From the NCBI GenBank assembly GCA_963807605.1, contig CAWECG010000004.1, positions 416,001 through 480,000 of the forward strand: a DNA stretch of 64,000 nucleotides, written 5' to 3'. How positions within the stretch are numbered: the stretch's first letter is position 1; each line of letters opens with the position of its first letter. The position numbers and the translations under genes are program-made. Source of the DNA: Candidatus Bathyarchaeota archaeon. GTDB lineage: Archaea; Thermoproteota; Bathyarchaeia; 40CM-2-53-6; RBG-13-38-9. Under the pieces are notes generated by a model that was not told where the DNA came from, ran no database searches, and saw only the letters and a program-made list of their open reading frames with translations. Shown piece by piece: positions 1 to 10,296 of this stretch.

Positions 1-503
1 CCGTTTACGGTGCGATAGGGCATGCCGGGCTTCAAGCCACTGTCATAGATGTAGTTTTCAACGTATTTTATGTCGGCCTCCCAAGCTCGTATTATCTCTC
101 TTATAGTTCCTGATGGTCTGCCTCCTATCGAGAGCGGGTCTTTGGCCACTATCATGGACATAGAGACTTCTCTATCTCTCAGAGCGTCATACCTGTTGAC
201 TGTTTCAAAATGGTCAAGTCCCGAATGAGCCATTAGTGATGAATTCTCTTTCAACTTCTCTATGGGTAGATCCGAAAGACAGTAAGGTTTGTGGGCCGTG
301 TCATCATACCACAGTACAATCTTCTCAGTTGATATGTCGTACAATTTGAGGTAAGCAGACTTCTTCGCTCCATCATAACAGCAAGCGACAAGATACGATT
401 CCTTGGTTGAATCTCCAAGATCTGCCAAGCGAGAGGGAGGTGTCTCGATAACGTTCTGTGGCCTCTGTATTACTGGAATGTAATCTTCCAAGCTTTCCTT
501 CAC
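1..503 (-). CDS. polB: Family B DNA polymerase (PolB1-type), N-terminal part, runs off window
   Basis: Manual translation from GTG at 503 (GGTGAGG SD upstream): ...YLVACCYDGAKKSAYLKLYD...LWYDDTAHKPYCLS...KDPLSIGG...AWEADIKYVENYIYD..PGMPY, typical TACK PolB1 N-terminus; absent from ORF track because truncated. Confidence 0.8.
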   Translation of the reverse strand, partial: MKESLEDYIPVIQRPQNVIETPPSRLADLGDSTKESYLVACCYDGAKKSAYLKLYDISTEKIVLWYDDTAHKPYCLSDLPIEKLKENSSLMAHSGLDHFETVNRYDALRDREVSMSMIVAKDPLSIGGRPSGTIREIIRAWEADIKYVENYIYDSGLKPGMPYRTVN

Positions 504-710
504 AGACAGACCCTCACCCGAAACATGCTCTAAGGGAATTCCTTGCAGCCATTCTATTGAAAGCTGTCTTGACTTGCCTCGGGACTTTCGGAACTGTTTT
601 GCACCCAGGCTATCCTCAGCCGCAACGGCCTTACTGATCGCTCCCTTTCAGATGCTATAAAAGCTAGTAGCATAACTTAAGCTAGTATCTTCGCAGTACG
701 GGTTTAATAA

Positions 711-1784
711 TTGACAGTACAAATGACATCTTGTCGGCAAATGACACCTTCGATTACAACGGATAGGTCAAGCTATTCTAATGCAGCTGAAATGATCCAG
801 TGGTCGGGGACAGGATTCACTCCGAATGGTCAAGTTGTTGGAGCGATCTCCATTGATAACGTGAACCCTCATTTTTTCGCATGGACATTTACTGCTTCTG
901 CCGATGGTTCAGCATCAGGGCAGTTCCAAGTCGGCGGAAATGTGCCTGCCGGCTATCAGAAGTTTTGGGTAAAAGACATCTCCACTGACACGCTCTCTAA
1001 CGCTGTACAACTCATCATAATCCACTCATCGGCTTGGTCGCTTGTAACGGAAACGATGCACTGGAAAGTGTACTCGCAGGGAGACTACTTGACGACCTAT
1101 GAGCCCGACATTCTTGCGTTGACTCCATTCCTAGATCAGATATTTCCTAAGATAGCTGCAGACTTCGGCTATTCTCTTCCTACCTCGCCTAAGATGGAGA
1201 TTTACCTCGATCCAGCGAGTCACGGTGGAGCTACAGGAACACCGACTGGTGGCGCCATGGGAATCACTATCGCAGCTGATTCAGTGATAAACGTGGTATA
1301 CGGCATCAAGGGATTTTGGTTCTACATCCTTACATTGCACGAAACCGTGAACGTGTGGACGGGATATATTACTCCTGGATGGCCTTGGGCCAACGGCTCG
1401 TATATTTGGAAGGGGGGTAGTCAATTTCCAGGTATGTGTGACGGAATTATCACTAGAGCGCTTGGATATACTGCTGTGAGCAATGCAAACCTAGCGACTT
1501 CACTTAATGATCCTGGCGTAAAGTTGTTGCACGATTTGCAGCAAACCTTCGGCTGGGAAATATACCAAGGTATGTTTTCTTTGTTGAAGACGTATAGGGT
1601 AATATTGGCAGATCTTATTGAACCAGCTAAAACAGCTACACTCATTGCATTCATGAGTATTTCTGCTGGAGTAGACTTACTTCCTCAGTTTATATCAGCT
1701 GGGGTAGCTGGAATTTCTGATGATATGCTTGCTAGTGTTTCTAGTAGCTTCAACTTGAAATGGCCGCGCGCTAATAGAGCTTGA
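711..1784 (+). CDS. Hypothetical protein; N-terminal beta/Ig-like segment plus possible zincin-like domain
   Basis: 357-aa ORF; LHETVN resembles a degenerate HExxH; WSGTGFTPN segment typical of Ig-like modules. Confidence 0.5.
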   Translation: MTVQMTSCRQMTPSITTDRSSYSNAAEMIQWSGTGFTPNGQVVGAISIDNVNPHFFAWTFTASADGSASGQFQVGGNVPAGYQKFWVKDISTDTLSNAVQLIIIHSSAWSLVTETMHWKVYSQGDYLTTYEPDILALTPFLDQIFPKIAADFGYSLPTSPKMEIYLDPASHGGATGTPTGGAMGITIAADSVINVVYGIKGFWFYILTLHETVNVWTGYITPGWPWANGSYIWKGGSQFPGMCDGIITRALGYTAVSNANLATSLNDPGVKLLHDLQQTFGWEIYQGMFSLLKTYRVILADLIEPAKTATLIAFMSISAGVDLLPQFISAGVAGISDDMLASVSSSFNLKWPRANRA

Positions 1785-1926
1785 AGTCAAAGTCGGCAGA
1801 ATAGGCAACAGCCTCAAAGTGACTATACCCCAAGAGATCGCCTATCACCTAGACATTAGAGAGGGCGATATGGTGGGGCTCAAACCGACCAATGGCGAGA
1901 TTTGAATGCGTAAACTGGAAAAGTAA
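1774..1926 (+). pseudogene. AbrB/MazE/SpoVT-family DNA-binding protein remnant
   Basis: IELEVKVGRIGNSLKVTIPQEIAYHLDIREGDMVGLKPTNGEI*MRKLEK*; internal TGA at 1903, no canonical start. Confidence 0.7.
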
Positions 1927-1971
1927 ACCGACCATAAAAAAAGGTCATGTGACTATTTCTTAACTAGAGAC

Positions 1972-2469
1972 TTGTCTTTTCCAGGTGGGGGAAAGAGTCA
2001 AGAAGTAGCTTTCAGCTTAGTTACCTACGTGCATCCCATGATCATAGCGAAAGAACACGTCATAAAATATAGAAAACTATTCTTGGACGCCATTGACTGG
2101 TATTCAAAGAATCTTGTTGAAGATCTTACGGAGAATAGAAAACACCTTTTGCCTTATGTTGAGAATCCAGATTATAATTTAGTCGCTGATTTGAAGAAAA
2201 GGATCGAGTCAGGGAATGAGATTATCGACGGAAAGACGAACCGTCTTCTTGAAAGCATTGTTGGCGGCTATCACACACACCTTCGTAAACTGAAAGAGGA
2301 ACCATGGATTAGAGGAGATACAATCGATGAACAAGTACGACAATTCGATGAAATGACTAGTCAAGACATCGTGAAAATCAAGGAGACCTCTGCACTCGTG
2401 AAAACCAAGGAGACCTCTGCACCCCTTCGTAGACGAACGCAGGATCATCATCGAGAAGACCGCCGGTAA
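1972..2469 (+). CDS. Hypothetical protein
   Basis: 165-aa ORF, no recognisable motif. Confidence 0.5.
   Translation: MSFPGGGKSQEVAFSLVTYVHPMIIAKEHVIKYRKLFLDAIDWYSKNLVEDLTENRKHLLPYVENPDYNLVADLKKRIESGNEIIDGKTNRLLESIVGGYHTHLRKLKEEPWIRGDTIDEQVRQFDEMTSQDIVKIKETSALVKTKETSAPLRRRTQDHHREDRR
2369..2422 (+). repeat. 27-bp tandem duplication (2 copies, 1 mismatch)
   Basis: tcgtgaaaa(t/c)caaggagacctctgcac x2, encoding VK(I/T)KETSA. Confidence 0.9.
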
Positions 2470-2547
2470 ACAAGCCCAAATCCCAAGATATAACATACGA
2501 AACCGTAAAACACTAAGCTTGTACCAAAACAGTAGTCAGGAAGAAGC

Positions 2548-3885
2548 TTGCTTCAGGACGCCGTTGCCATCGCAGTTGAAGCCTTGAGTTGGATGGAACT
2601 GGAAGGCCTCAGTGAAAGGCAGGCTCTAGCAAGAGCCTCCAGACAGCTTGGACTCCATGATGATGGCTCTTTGAGACTTGCTTTCAACTTTATTACTGAA
2701 ACAATCAGAAGACTCAGTCTCATAGATATGATTGGAACTCAAGCCCTCTCCCCCAGGAAAATGGATGAGTGGAGCTTGGGCGTAAAGAACTTCCTTCGAA
2801 TCTACATTTATTGGGTCCATTTCAGAAAGGCAACCTTCAAAGAAACCCTCAGCCTCCTCAACTCTGGCCGCAAGGTTCTAGGCCGAGAAGAGCTTTTTCC
2901 CGTTGAAGAGGCCTTCGGCAGATCCTCGGGTATCGACCCAAAGCAGCTGCTCATCAACGAACCGGAACAGATGAGAACATCTCATGAAACCGGCCATCCT
3001 GAATGGTTTGTTAAGTACTGTTACAAGCTTCTCGGAAGAGGAGACGCCCTAAGACTTCTAGACGAGGATTGCAGAGCCCCACCGACATACCTTAGAATCA
3101 ATAGGGTCAAACACAATTCAAATGAAGCGGTAAGAACACTTGAGAACGAAGGTGTCTCGCTGAAGGAGATCGAGAACTTCGAAGATCTATGGAGGGTCGA
3201 GAGGGCAGTAAGGCCGCTTGTGAAGCTTAAAAGCTATCGAAATGGAGTATTTCAAATTCAAGATCTCTCAAGCCAAGCAGCTTGCATTGCAGCAAGCCCA
3301 AAGCCTGGCGACTTTGTCTTAGATGTCTGTGCAGCCCCTGGAGTGAAGACATGCTCCTTGGCGCAGATGATGGAAAATACGGGAACAATTGTCTCGATAG
3401 ATATCTCAACGACAAGAATGAAGGTGTGGAAGGGTGAGGTCAGACGCATGGGAGTGGAAGTGGCTTACCCGACGATATGCGATGCCAAACAAGCCTTGCC
3501 CATAGATGGGGAGGCGGATCTCGTACTCCTCGATCCCCCTTGTAGTAGCACAGGGATTTTTTCCAAATCGCCCTCCATGAAATGGCGAATCAATCCTGAA
3601 GACATCACCAAACTCTCATCAACCCAGTCTCGTATGCTCGAGGTCTCTTCCAGTCATGTAAAACGGCCTGGAGCTTTGTTATATTCTACCTGCAGTATTC
3701 TTGTTGAAGAAAACGAATTGGTTATCGAAAAATTTCTTAGGACACACCCAGATTTCGAAATTGCCCCTGCATCTCTCCGAACAGGATCCAGTGGACTGAG
3801 AGGTTTGACTGAAGCCAGACGGTTCTATCCCCACACAGACCGGTGCAACGGCTTTTTCTTGGCTAGAATGAACCGCCTAGACTAG
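2548..3885 (+). CDS. RsmB/NOL1/NOP2/Sun RNA (cytosine-C5) methyltransferase with NusB-like N-terminus
   Basis: Motifs QDLSSQ, LDVCAAPGVKT, LLDPPCS, YSTCS..EENE, FYPH..CNGFF. Confidence 0.92.
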   Translation: MLQDAVAIAVEALSWMELEGLSERQALARASRQLGLHDDGSLRLAFNFITETIRRLSLIDMIGTQALSPRKMDEWSLGVKNFLRIYIYWVHFRKATFKETLSLLNSGRKVLGREELFPVEEAFGRSSGIDPKQLLINEPEQMRTSHETGHPEWFVKYCYKLLGRGDALRLLDEDCRAPPTYLRINRVKHNSNEAVRTLENEGVSLKEIENFEDLWRVERAVRPLVKLKSYRNGVFQIQDLSSQAACIAASPKPGDFVLDVCAAPGVKTCSLAQMMENTGTIVSIDISTTRMKVWKGEVRRMGVEVAYPTICDAKQALPIDGEADLVLLDPPCSSTGIFSKSPSMKWRINPEDITKLSSTQSRMLEVSSSHVKRPGALLYSTCSILVEENELVIEKFLRTHPDFEIAPASLRTGSSGLRGLTEARRFYPHTDRCNGFFLARMNRLD

Positions 3886-4057
3886 CTGGCGAGCTATCCA
3901 GCCCTTATCGACTAGAGAAATTGAACGTCGTTCACAACCTTTATCAGACTCAATCCGTTCAGATCCCGAGAAAACGTGGATTCGCTTAAAGAATTTGTCT
4001 CAGCCACTCTGGCTTAGCCTTCAGATCGCAAAAACTTAATGGGACCATATTAGATCG

Positions 4058-4537
4058 ATGGGTTCTAGCTTGAGTCACAAGGAAGACTCGGAACAGGAAG
4101 TAATCGTTTTCGATTCTGAAAGGTGTACGGGTTGCTCTTACTGTATGATCGCCTGCAGCTTCAAACATTATGGGATGACGGATTTTGAGAAATCACACAT
4201 CAAGATCATTGATGGCCCACAGAGACCAAAGATACGATTTGTGGGGATTCATTGCATACACTGCGATGATCCTCTATGTCTCGCATCGTGCCCTGTAGGA
4301 GCTGTAACCAAAGATAACAACACCGGTCTAGTCAAGATCAATTCCACTATCTGCATTGGCTGTAAAGCCTGTTTAATCGCATGTCCAATCTCAAACCCAA
4401 GCTTCGACGAAGAGAGGCGCGTAGCGGTCAAATGCGACTTCTGTGACGGAGATCCGCAGTGTGTCAAGTTCTGCACGTCAGAGGCACTCACAAGAAGCAG
4501 CAGGGAGAACGCTCGCAAAAGATTCGCGCAGTGTTGA
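4058..4537 (+). CDS. 4x[4Fe-4S] ferredoxin-like electron-transfer protein (HycB/DmsB-like)
   Basis: CxxCxxCxxxC clusters: CTGCSYCMIAC, CIHCDDPLCLASCP, CIGCKACLIACP, KCDFC..PQCVKFC. Confidence 0.9.
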   Translation: MGSSLSHKEDSEQEVIVFDSERCTGCSYCMIACSFKHYGMTDFEKSHIKIIDGPQRPKIRFVGIHCIHCDDPLCLASCPVGAVTKDNNTGLVKINSTICIGCKACLIACPISNPSFDEERRVAVKCDFCDGDPQCVKFCTSEALTRSSRENARKRFAQC

Positions 4538-4553
4538 GGATGGGTCAACCATA

Positions 4554-4835
4554 ATGTCTGAGGAAGAAAATTTGATCTATCCCCTAAGGAAAAAGGCGAG
4601 GAGTTCGGTCCCCGCCTCATTCCAAGGTGCTGTCACAAATCTCATCAACCAAGGGCAAATCCAGAGTCTCCTAGACTTCTGGATTGATGAGAGGACAGGG
4701 CTCGGTCTTCCCGAGAAACCAGTCTCGGCCTACTCCTCAGAGAAAGCGGTTCAACAGAGTCAAGATATCATCAAGGAGTTGGGATTCGACCGTAGCCTAC
4801 ACTTTGATTGGAAGCAGAAGAGGCTGAAGACATGA
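4554..4835 (+). CDS. Small protein resembling the C-terminal tail of HdrC, without Fe-S motifs
   Basis: ERTGLGLPEKP...KAVQQSQDIIKELGFDRSLHFDW resembles the methanogen HdrC C-terminus; no Cys; ATGA overlap with the hdrB-like gene. Confidence 0.55.
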   Translation: MSEEENLIYPLRKKARSSVPASFQGAVTNLINQGQIQSLLDFWIDERTGLGLPEKPVSAYSSEKAVQQSQDIIKELGFDRSLHFDWKQKRLKT

Positions 4836-5716
4836 TGAGACGGTCGACATACCGATCGAAGACGATGATGTTCTGGGGTTGTATGATCCCAACCGTTCAG
4901 CCATTTGTGGAGAAGGCTGCACGATTCTCGCTCGAGAGGCTTGGTGTGACATTCCAGGAAATGCCAGATGCGACATGTTGTCCGGATCCAGAGATCTCAA
5001 GAACACTCGGAGGTGACTTGTGGCTGACGTTGGCAGGTCGTAACATATCAATAGCCAATCAGGCCGGTGGGGATATCTGTGTAATCTGCAATGGATGCTT
5101 CGACACCCTGAGCAAAGCAAACTCCGAGCTGAACGTAGACAAGGCTCTGAGTCGGAAAGTCAACGCGACGCTCACAAAGTACGGGGCAAGACACGACGGT
5201 TCAAGCCGAATATTTCACATGATTGAGTACCTCCACGACATAGTCGGCCTCGAAGCCATCCAAGAGAAGGTCATCAGATCTCTCTCAGGCCTCAATTGCG
5301 CCCCCCAGTACGGCTGCCGCATACTAAGAGAGAAGCTGGACTTACGTGCAAAGTTTGACGACCTTATCACAGTTCTCGGAGGGCGACTGATCCATACGGA
5401 GACAGAGAGGCTTTGTTGCGGAGTGCCAGCGATGTATGCCAATCCTGACTTTTCACTCCACCAAAGAGCCAAGGTAAAACTTGAAGAGATCAAAGAATCG
5501 AAAGCAGACTGCGTAACCCTCTTCTGTCCAGCATGCGCCGAGAGGCTCGAAAGAGCCCAGATGACACTCAGAAATGATGGATACAACTTCGACATCCCCG
5601 TGGTAAATTACCTGGAGCTGCTTGCACTATGCTTGGGAGCCTCATCTTCAGAAATCGGTACACATCTTCACAGAATATCACTTGACCCAATCGTGGGGAG
5701 GATCCTGAAGACCTAA
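4832..5716 (+). CDS. hdrB: Heterodisulfide reductase subunit B-like protein (two CCG domains)
   Basis: FWGCMIP, TCCPDP, ICNGC, YGC, LCCG, CPAC motifs. Confidence 0.85.
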   Translation: MMRRSTYRSKTMMFWGCMIPTVQPFVEKAARFSLERLGVTFQEMPDATCCPDPEISRTLGGDLWLTLAGRNISIANQAGGDICVICNGCFDTLSKANSELNVDKALSRKVNATLTKYGARHDGSSRIFHMIEYLHDIVGLEAIQEKVIRSLSGLNCAPQYGCRILREKLDLRAKFDDLITVLGGRLIHTETERLCCGVPAMYANPDFSLHQRAKVKLEEIKESKADCVTLFCPACAERLERAQMTLRNDGYNFDIPVVNYLELLALCLGASSSEIGTHLHRISLDPIVGRILKT

Positions 5717-6063
5717 TGAAAATCAGGAGACTCCCTCTAGGCCTCTCGCTTACACTACTTACAGGGGGATCCCTAGGAATCGGGATTGCGCGAACAACGA
5801 TCGAGGTCTTCCTTTGCTCTGAACTGGTCACAATATCCGTTTTTTACATCTTCTTCACAGTCATAATCCCAGCAATACGGCCTTCAAGCGTCGATACGGA
5901 AGCCATCTTTCTCGGAGGACTAGCGAGATCGCCTTACCTTTCAGGATCTGAACTCTTTTCGCCTGGAATACCTGTCATCTCAGAAGACATTGATGATTCT
6001 TGGGAGAATTACTTCGATAGAAACAGACTTGAGCCAAATGAGGAGTCTAAGGAAGAAGCTTGA
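5716..6063 (+). CDS. Small membrane protein, probable hydrogenase-associated subunit
   Basis: Two hydrophobic helices; start/stop overlaps on both sides. Confidence 0.6.
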   Translation: MKIRRLPLGLSLTLLTGGSLGIGIARTTIEVFLCSELVTISVFYIFFTVIIPAIRPSSVDTEAIFLGGLARSPYLSGSELFSPGIPVISEDIDDSWENYFDRNRLEPNEESKEEA

Positions 6064-7604
6064 CAATCGCAGCCCTAGCCCCACCCATAATCCTCACATT
6101 CTCGGCAGTAGCATCAACCGTAATCGGACGCAGATCCATTGCTCGTAGAAATGTCGTAATCGCTTTTTCATTTGTGTCTGCCGTTCTCGTGAATACTTAC
6201 TTTCTTATCCTCTCGCTGAATGGAGGCTTCGGATACGCCAAAATCGGCGAATTTACCGTAAACGCTGCTTCAATCTTCATCTCTGAGCTTGTCCTGGTCC
6301 TAGCTTTTCTAGGAGCCCTTTACAGCTTCAGCTACATTGAGGAGAGATCTGAGACTTGGGCTTACTATCTCCTCTATCAACTCTTCACTGCAATGATGAT
6401 AGCGATGGTCTCAAGCTTCAATGTTCTAGTCATGTATGTCTTCTTGGAGGGAAGCAGCGTAACAAGTGCGATACTTGTGATGTTCAGCAGAAGAAGAAGC
6501 AGCATCCTAGCCGCTTACCGATACCTTGTGCTCAGCATCTTCGGCGGCATCATAATCATAGGAGGAATCTTCTGGCAGTACCAGCTGACTCACACTCTAA
6601 ACTTAGCTGGTCTGGCCAGCCTAGCCAAAACAGATGTGAACTTTCTGGCGACCATTTACCTGCTAGGGTTCGGCGTAAAGGCCGGACTGCTACCCTTCGG
6701 CCTGTTCTGGCTCCCACCGGCGCATAGCGAGGCACCTATCCCCATACATACCCTGTTGAGTGCCGCCCTTGTCCAGGTCGCTGCCTTCGATATAGCGCGA
6801 GTCTTAGGCGGCGTGGGCATTGGAAACATGTACATCTCCAATATGCTCCTAGCAACGGGCCTTGCAAGCATGATCGTCGGCGCACTATACGCACTCATCG
6901 AGGCGTGGTATGGAAGCAAATACACCAGACTTCACGTGGGTCTCCGGCACATTCGTGGAATTAAGAGAGTCTGGGCGTTCTCAACCATCTCGGAAATGGG
7001 TTACATAACCTTGTTTCTGGGATTGGCTGGACTCCTTGCGAACCAGAAAGCGGGGTATGAAGAGGCACTGGTCCTTGGATTTGGTGGTGCTCTCCTCCAC
7101 ATGTACAATCACGGATTCTCAAAAGCTCAACTTCTTTTCGATTCAGGTGTAATGATAAAAGTTAGCCACGCCGAGGATCTCAACCTCATGGGGGCCCTTG
7201 CAAAACGACTCCCCATCATGAAGGTATCTTTCGTAATTGGAGCTCTTAGCCTCGGACTGATCCCCGCCACGTTTGGTGTGAGAACACTCAGAGAACTAGT
7301 TTTCAACAACAACATTCCAAGCCTAGCAAAACTCGTAGTCATAGCCACAGCAGGACTCTCCCTTATTGCATGCCTTTCAGTCTGGTATTGCTGCTTCTTC
7401 TCTAGGTCTAACATCCAATCTGACGATCGCCCCAAGGTCCCGAGAACCATGTACCTGCCCGGCCTCCTAATGGGAGGCCTGATAATTCTTGTCGGAAGTT
7501 ACTTCACGTTAGAATGGGCTGGCTTAATATCATCGGGTTCAAGCCTTACTGATACCCTACGGATTCTCGCCGAGACAACGATTAAGAGTAGCGCGGGGTC
7601 CTAG
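6060..7604 (+). CDS. Antiporter-like membrane subunit (MrpD/NuoL-N/EchA/HyfB family)
   Basis: ~14 TM helices; MYVFLE, GFGVKAG, WLPPAHSEAP.PIH.LLS, AFSTISEMG, NHGFSKA. Confidence 0.9.
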   Translation: MTIAALAPPIILTFSAVASTVIGRRSIARRNVVIAFSFVSAVLVNTYFLILSLNGGFGYAKIGEFTVNAASIFISELVLVLAFLGALYSFSYIEERSETWAYYLLYQLFTAMMIAMVSSFNVLVMYVFLEGSSVTSAILVMFSRRRSSILAAYRYLVLSIFGGIIIIGGIFWQYQLTHTLNLAGLASLAKTDVNFLATIYLLGFGVKAGLLPFGLFWLPPAHSEAPIPIHTLLSAALVQVAAFDIARVLGGVGIGNMYISNMLLATGLASMIVGALYALIEAWYGSKYTRLHVGLRHIRGIKRVWAFSTISEMGYITLFLGLAGLLANQKAGYEEALVLGFGGALLHMYNHGFSKAQLLFDSGVMIKVSHAEDLNLMGALAKRLPIMKVSFVIGALSLGLIPATFGVRTLRELVFNNNIPSLAKLVVIATAGLSLIACLSVWYCCFFSRSNIQSDDRPKVPRTMYLPGLLMGGLIILVGSYFTLEWAGLISSGSSLTDTLRILAETTIKSSAGS

Positions 7605-7605
7605 C

Positions 7606-9282
7606 ATGGAACGTTCTGAAGAGATACTTACCGGACTCAAGCAAAGACTCGGTGCAGACTTCATCTCGGAATCAAGAAGCGCCCCGAACACCTTCTGGAT
7701 TCACATCCAAAGAGGAAGAGTGAGGGAAGTAGCTAGCTATCTTACCAATGAGATCCATGGAAGGCTAAGTCACATCTCAACGATCGACAAGGGCTTGGAT
7801 GGCTACGAGGTCGTATATCATTACGCCCTAGACCACCTTGAAAAATTCCTACACCTGAACCTCAAAGTCCAGCTTCCCATAGACGAAGCTGAAATCGAAT
7901 CCGTCTCCCGGGAAGCTCCGGAGTCGTCCTGGTCGGAGCGAGAGATGATGGAGTTTACTCCAGTACAGTTCAAAGGCCATCCGGATCCCAGGCATCTCTG
8001 GCTACCCTACGAGTGGCCAAACGCTGTTGAGAGTGAAAAGTGTGAACATTTCATCGACAAGGTCGGCGACCCGTCACCGTTAGGAAATTCATCTAGGAAT
8101 GCTGAGGCTACGCTAATACCTCTTGGCCCCTATCATCCTCTGCTCATAGAAGGCGCATACTTCCGAGTGAAAGTTGATGGTGAAGAAATAACAGACGTGG
8201 ATGTGAAATTGGGGTGGAATCACCGAGGAATAATGAAACTCTTTGAGGGGCGCAGCTACACAAGAGGTGTCTTTCTGGCAGAACGGATCTGCGGCATATG
8301 TAATGTTACCCACACCACGGCATATCTGAATGCAGTCGAATCTCTGAGTGGGGCAGAGATCCCTCCTCGCGCACGCTATATTCGAACATTGATGGCTGAA
8401 CTTGAGAGAATTCACAGTCACCTCCTTTGGTTGGGAGTTGCTGGAGACCTGATTGGGTTCAGGACGCTCTTCATGCTCTCTTGGAAGGTGAGAGAACAGG
8501 TACTGGACATTTTCGAGTTGTTGACTGGAAGCAGAAGAGCTCCTGCAATGAACCTTATCGGTGGAGTAAGGAAAGATGTGACTGGCGAAACCTCCACCAA
8601 GATAGAAACGCGTCTTCGTAGCGTAAAGAAGGAAGCGGAGAAACTAATCGAAATAGTCTACAACCACTCGGTTGCGAGAAAGAGGCTTCAAGACATTGGA
8701 AAACTAGATCTTGACACGGCAAGGAAAACCGGAGTTGTAGGACCCACTGCGCGAGCCAGTGGATGGAAACTCGATACTCGCTTGTCAAGCCCCTACGCAG
8801 CATACGCGGCTGAATACACAACATGGGATGTCGTGACCGATGACGGAGGGGATGTCTGGGCTAGGACAGTCGTTCGACTAAAGGAGATTATCGTCTCGAT
8901 CAGCATAATTCTACAATGCCTTGAGGGGCTGGACCGCGTAAGCGGAGGAATACTGAGTGAGCCTGTCGATCCTAAAGACTTCAAACTGACTGAGGCCATC
9001 GGAAAGGCTGAGGCGCCAAGAGGCGAACTTTTCTACTATATCGTGTCAGACGGAACAAACATACCCCATAGCGTACGAATAAGAACCCCGAGCTTCAGAA
9101 ATATCTCGATAGTGCCAAGACTTCTGAAAGGACACACGGTTGCAGACGCACCAATAATCGTGGGAAGCATAGACCCTTGTTACTCTTGCACAGACCGCGT
9201 AGTAATTGTGAAAGACTCACCATCAGACTCTTCAAACAAATTTCTGCCTGACACGAATCGGAAGGGAGTGAAATGGCCGTAG
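7606..9282 (+). CDS. Group 4 [NiFe]-hydrogenase large subunit, fused NuoC/NuoD-like (HycE type)
   Basis: Ni-binding L1 ERICGIC and L2 DPCYSCTDR intact; N-terminal 30-kDa domain (EREMMEF..FKGHPDPR); EAPRGE; C-terminal extension after L2. Confidence 0.92.
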   Translation: MERSEEILTGLKQRLGADFISESRSAPNTFWIHIQRGRVREVASYLTNEIHGRLSHISTIDKGLDGYEVVYHYALDHLEKFLHLNLKVQLPIDEAEIESVSREAPESSWSEREMMEFTPVQFKGHPDPRHLWLPYEWPNAVESEKCEHFIDKVGDPSPLGNSSRNAEATLIPLGPYHPLLIEGAYFRVKVDGEEITDVDVKLGWNHRGIMKLFEGRSYTRGVFLAERICGICNVTHTTAYLNAVESLSGAEIPPRARYIRTLMAELERIHSHLLWLGVAGDLIGFRTLFMLSWKVREQVLDIFELLTGSRRAPAMNLIGGVRKDVTGETSTKIETRLRSVKKEAEKLIEIVYNHSVARKRLQDIGKLDLDTARKTGVVGPTARASGWKLDTRLSSPYAAYAAEYTTWDVVTDDGGDVWARTVVRLKEIIVSISIILQCLEGLDRVSGGILSEPVDPKDFKLTEAIGKAEAPRGELFYYIVSDGTNIPHSVRIRTPSFRNISIVPRLLKGHTVADAPIIVGSIDPCYSCTDRVVIVKDSPSDSSNKFLPDTNRKGVKWP

Positions 9283-10286
9283 GAAACCTGTTCGCGATGA
9301 CTTCTTTAGCGGGCATTATACTTGTGCCTCTCGCAAGCTTCTTCCTGGGCGTAATCTATAGCTATGAGATACGGAAGATCTCGGCCCGACTCCAATCGAG
9401 GAGTGGCCCGTGGCTTCTTGTTCCCAAGTCTCTCAGACATGCTCTCGGCACAACTAGGATTTTCCAGCCTCTCTTTGACATCCTCAAGCTGCTCTACAAG
9501 GAATCTCTGGTTCCTCACACCGCCAAGACCAGACTCTTTCGATTAGCACCCTACACTGGTCTGATCTGTTTGGTCGCCGCCGCCACTCTGATACCCTTTG
9601 CCGGCTACTCGCCCTTTGCCTCTTTCGAACTCAGCCTTGTCGCTGTTTTGTATCTCCTTCTAGGCGTCCCCTTCGCATCCATACTGGGCGGTGCTGCGAG
9701 CTCCTCACCTTGGGGAGTGCTGGGAAGTCAGAGGGAGGCAGAGCTGATGCTGGCATGTGAGACACCCCTTGCTATCGGAGCATTTACCGCCGCAGTAATG
9801 GCTAACACTCTATCAATACAGAAGATCCTCAGCGTACAGATATCCTGGTACCCCTTCCTGATTCTGAACCCATTTGCAGCGGCCGCCTTCCTACTCGCAA
9901 TCGTCGGCAAACTCCATCTCAAACCATTCGACATGCCTGAGGCCGAAGTTGAGATCGTGGCAGGACCGACAACGGAGTACAGTGGAAGTCTGCTTGGAAT
10001 CATTGAGATAGGTAAGGTTCTTCTGATCTCAGTCATCGTAACTCTCTTCATCGACCTGTTCTTGGCAGGCGGATTCATACTAGGGCTTGAATATCCCCTG
10101 AGGACTCTCGCATTCGTTATCGAAGGCATTGTGATCATTTCCTTGATCGCTCTCATACACACGCTGAACCCTCGGTTCAGGATCGATCAGGCCTTAGCAT
10201 GGTATGTGAAGGGCCCCACAGTTCTAGCTGCAGTAGGACTAGCTTGGGCCTACGTCCTACGATACTTATACCCAGCCATCCTGTGA
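9273..10286 (+). CDS. NuoH/HycD/EchB-like membrane subunit
   Basis: RKISARLQSRSGP, QPLFDILKLL.KE, PFDMPEAEVEIVAGP.TEYSG, PRFRIDQ. Confidence 0.92.
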   Translation: MAVGNLFAMTSLAGIILVPLASFFLGVIYSYEIRKISARLQSRSGPWLLVPKSLRHALGTTRIFQPLFDILKLLYKESLVPHTAKTRLFRLAPYTGLICLVAAATLIPFAGYSPFASFELSLVAVLYLLLGVPFASILGGAASSSPWGVLGSQREAELMLACETPLAIGAFTAAVMANTLSIQKILSVQISWYPFLILNPFAAAAFLLAIVGKLHLKPFDMPEAEVEIVAGPTTEYSGSLLGIIEIGKVLLISVIVTLFIDLFLAGGFILGLEYPLRTLAFVIEGIVIISLIALIHTLNPRFRIDQALAWYVKGPTVLAAVGLAWAYVLRYLYPAIL

Positions 10287-10296
10287 GGTTGCAACG

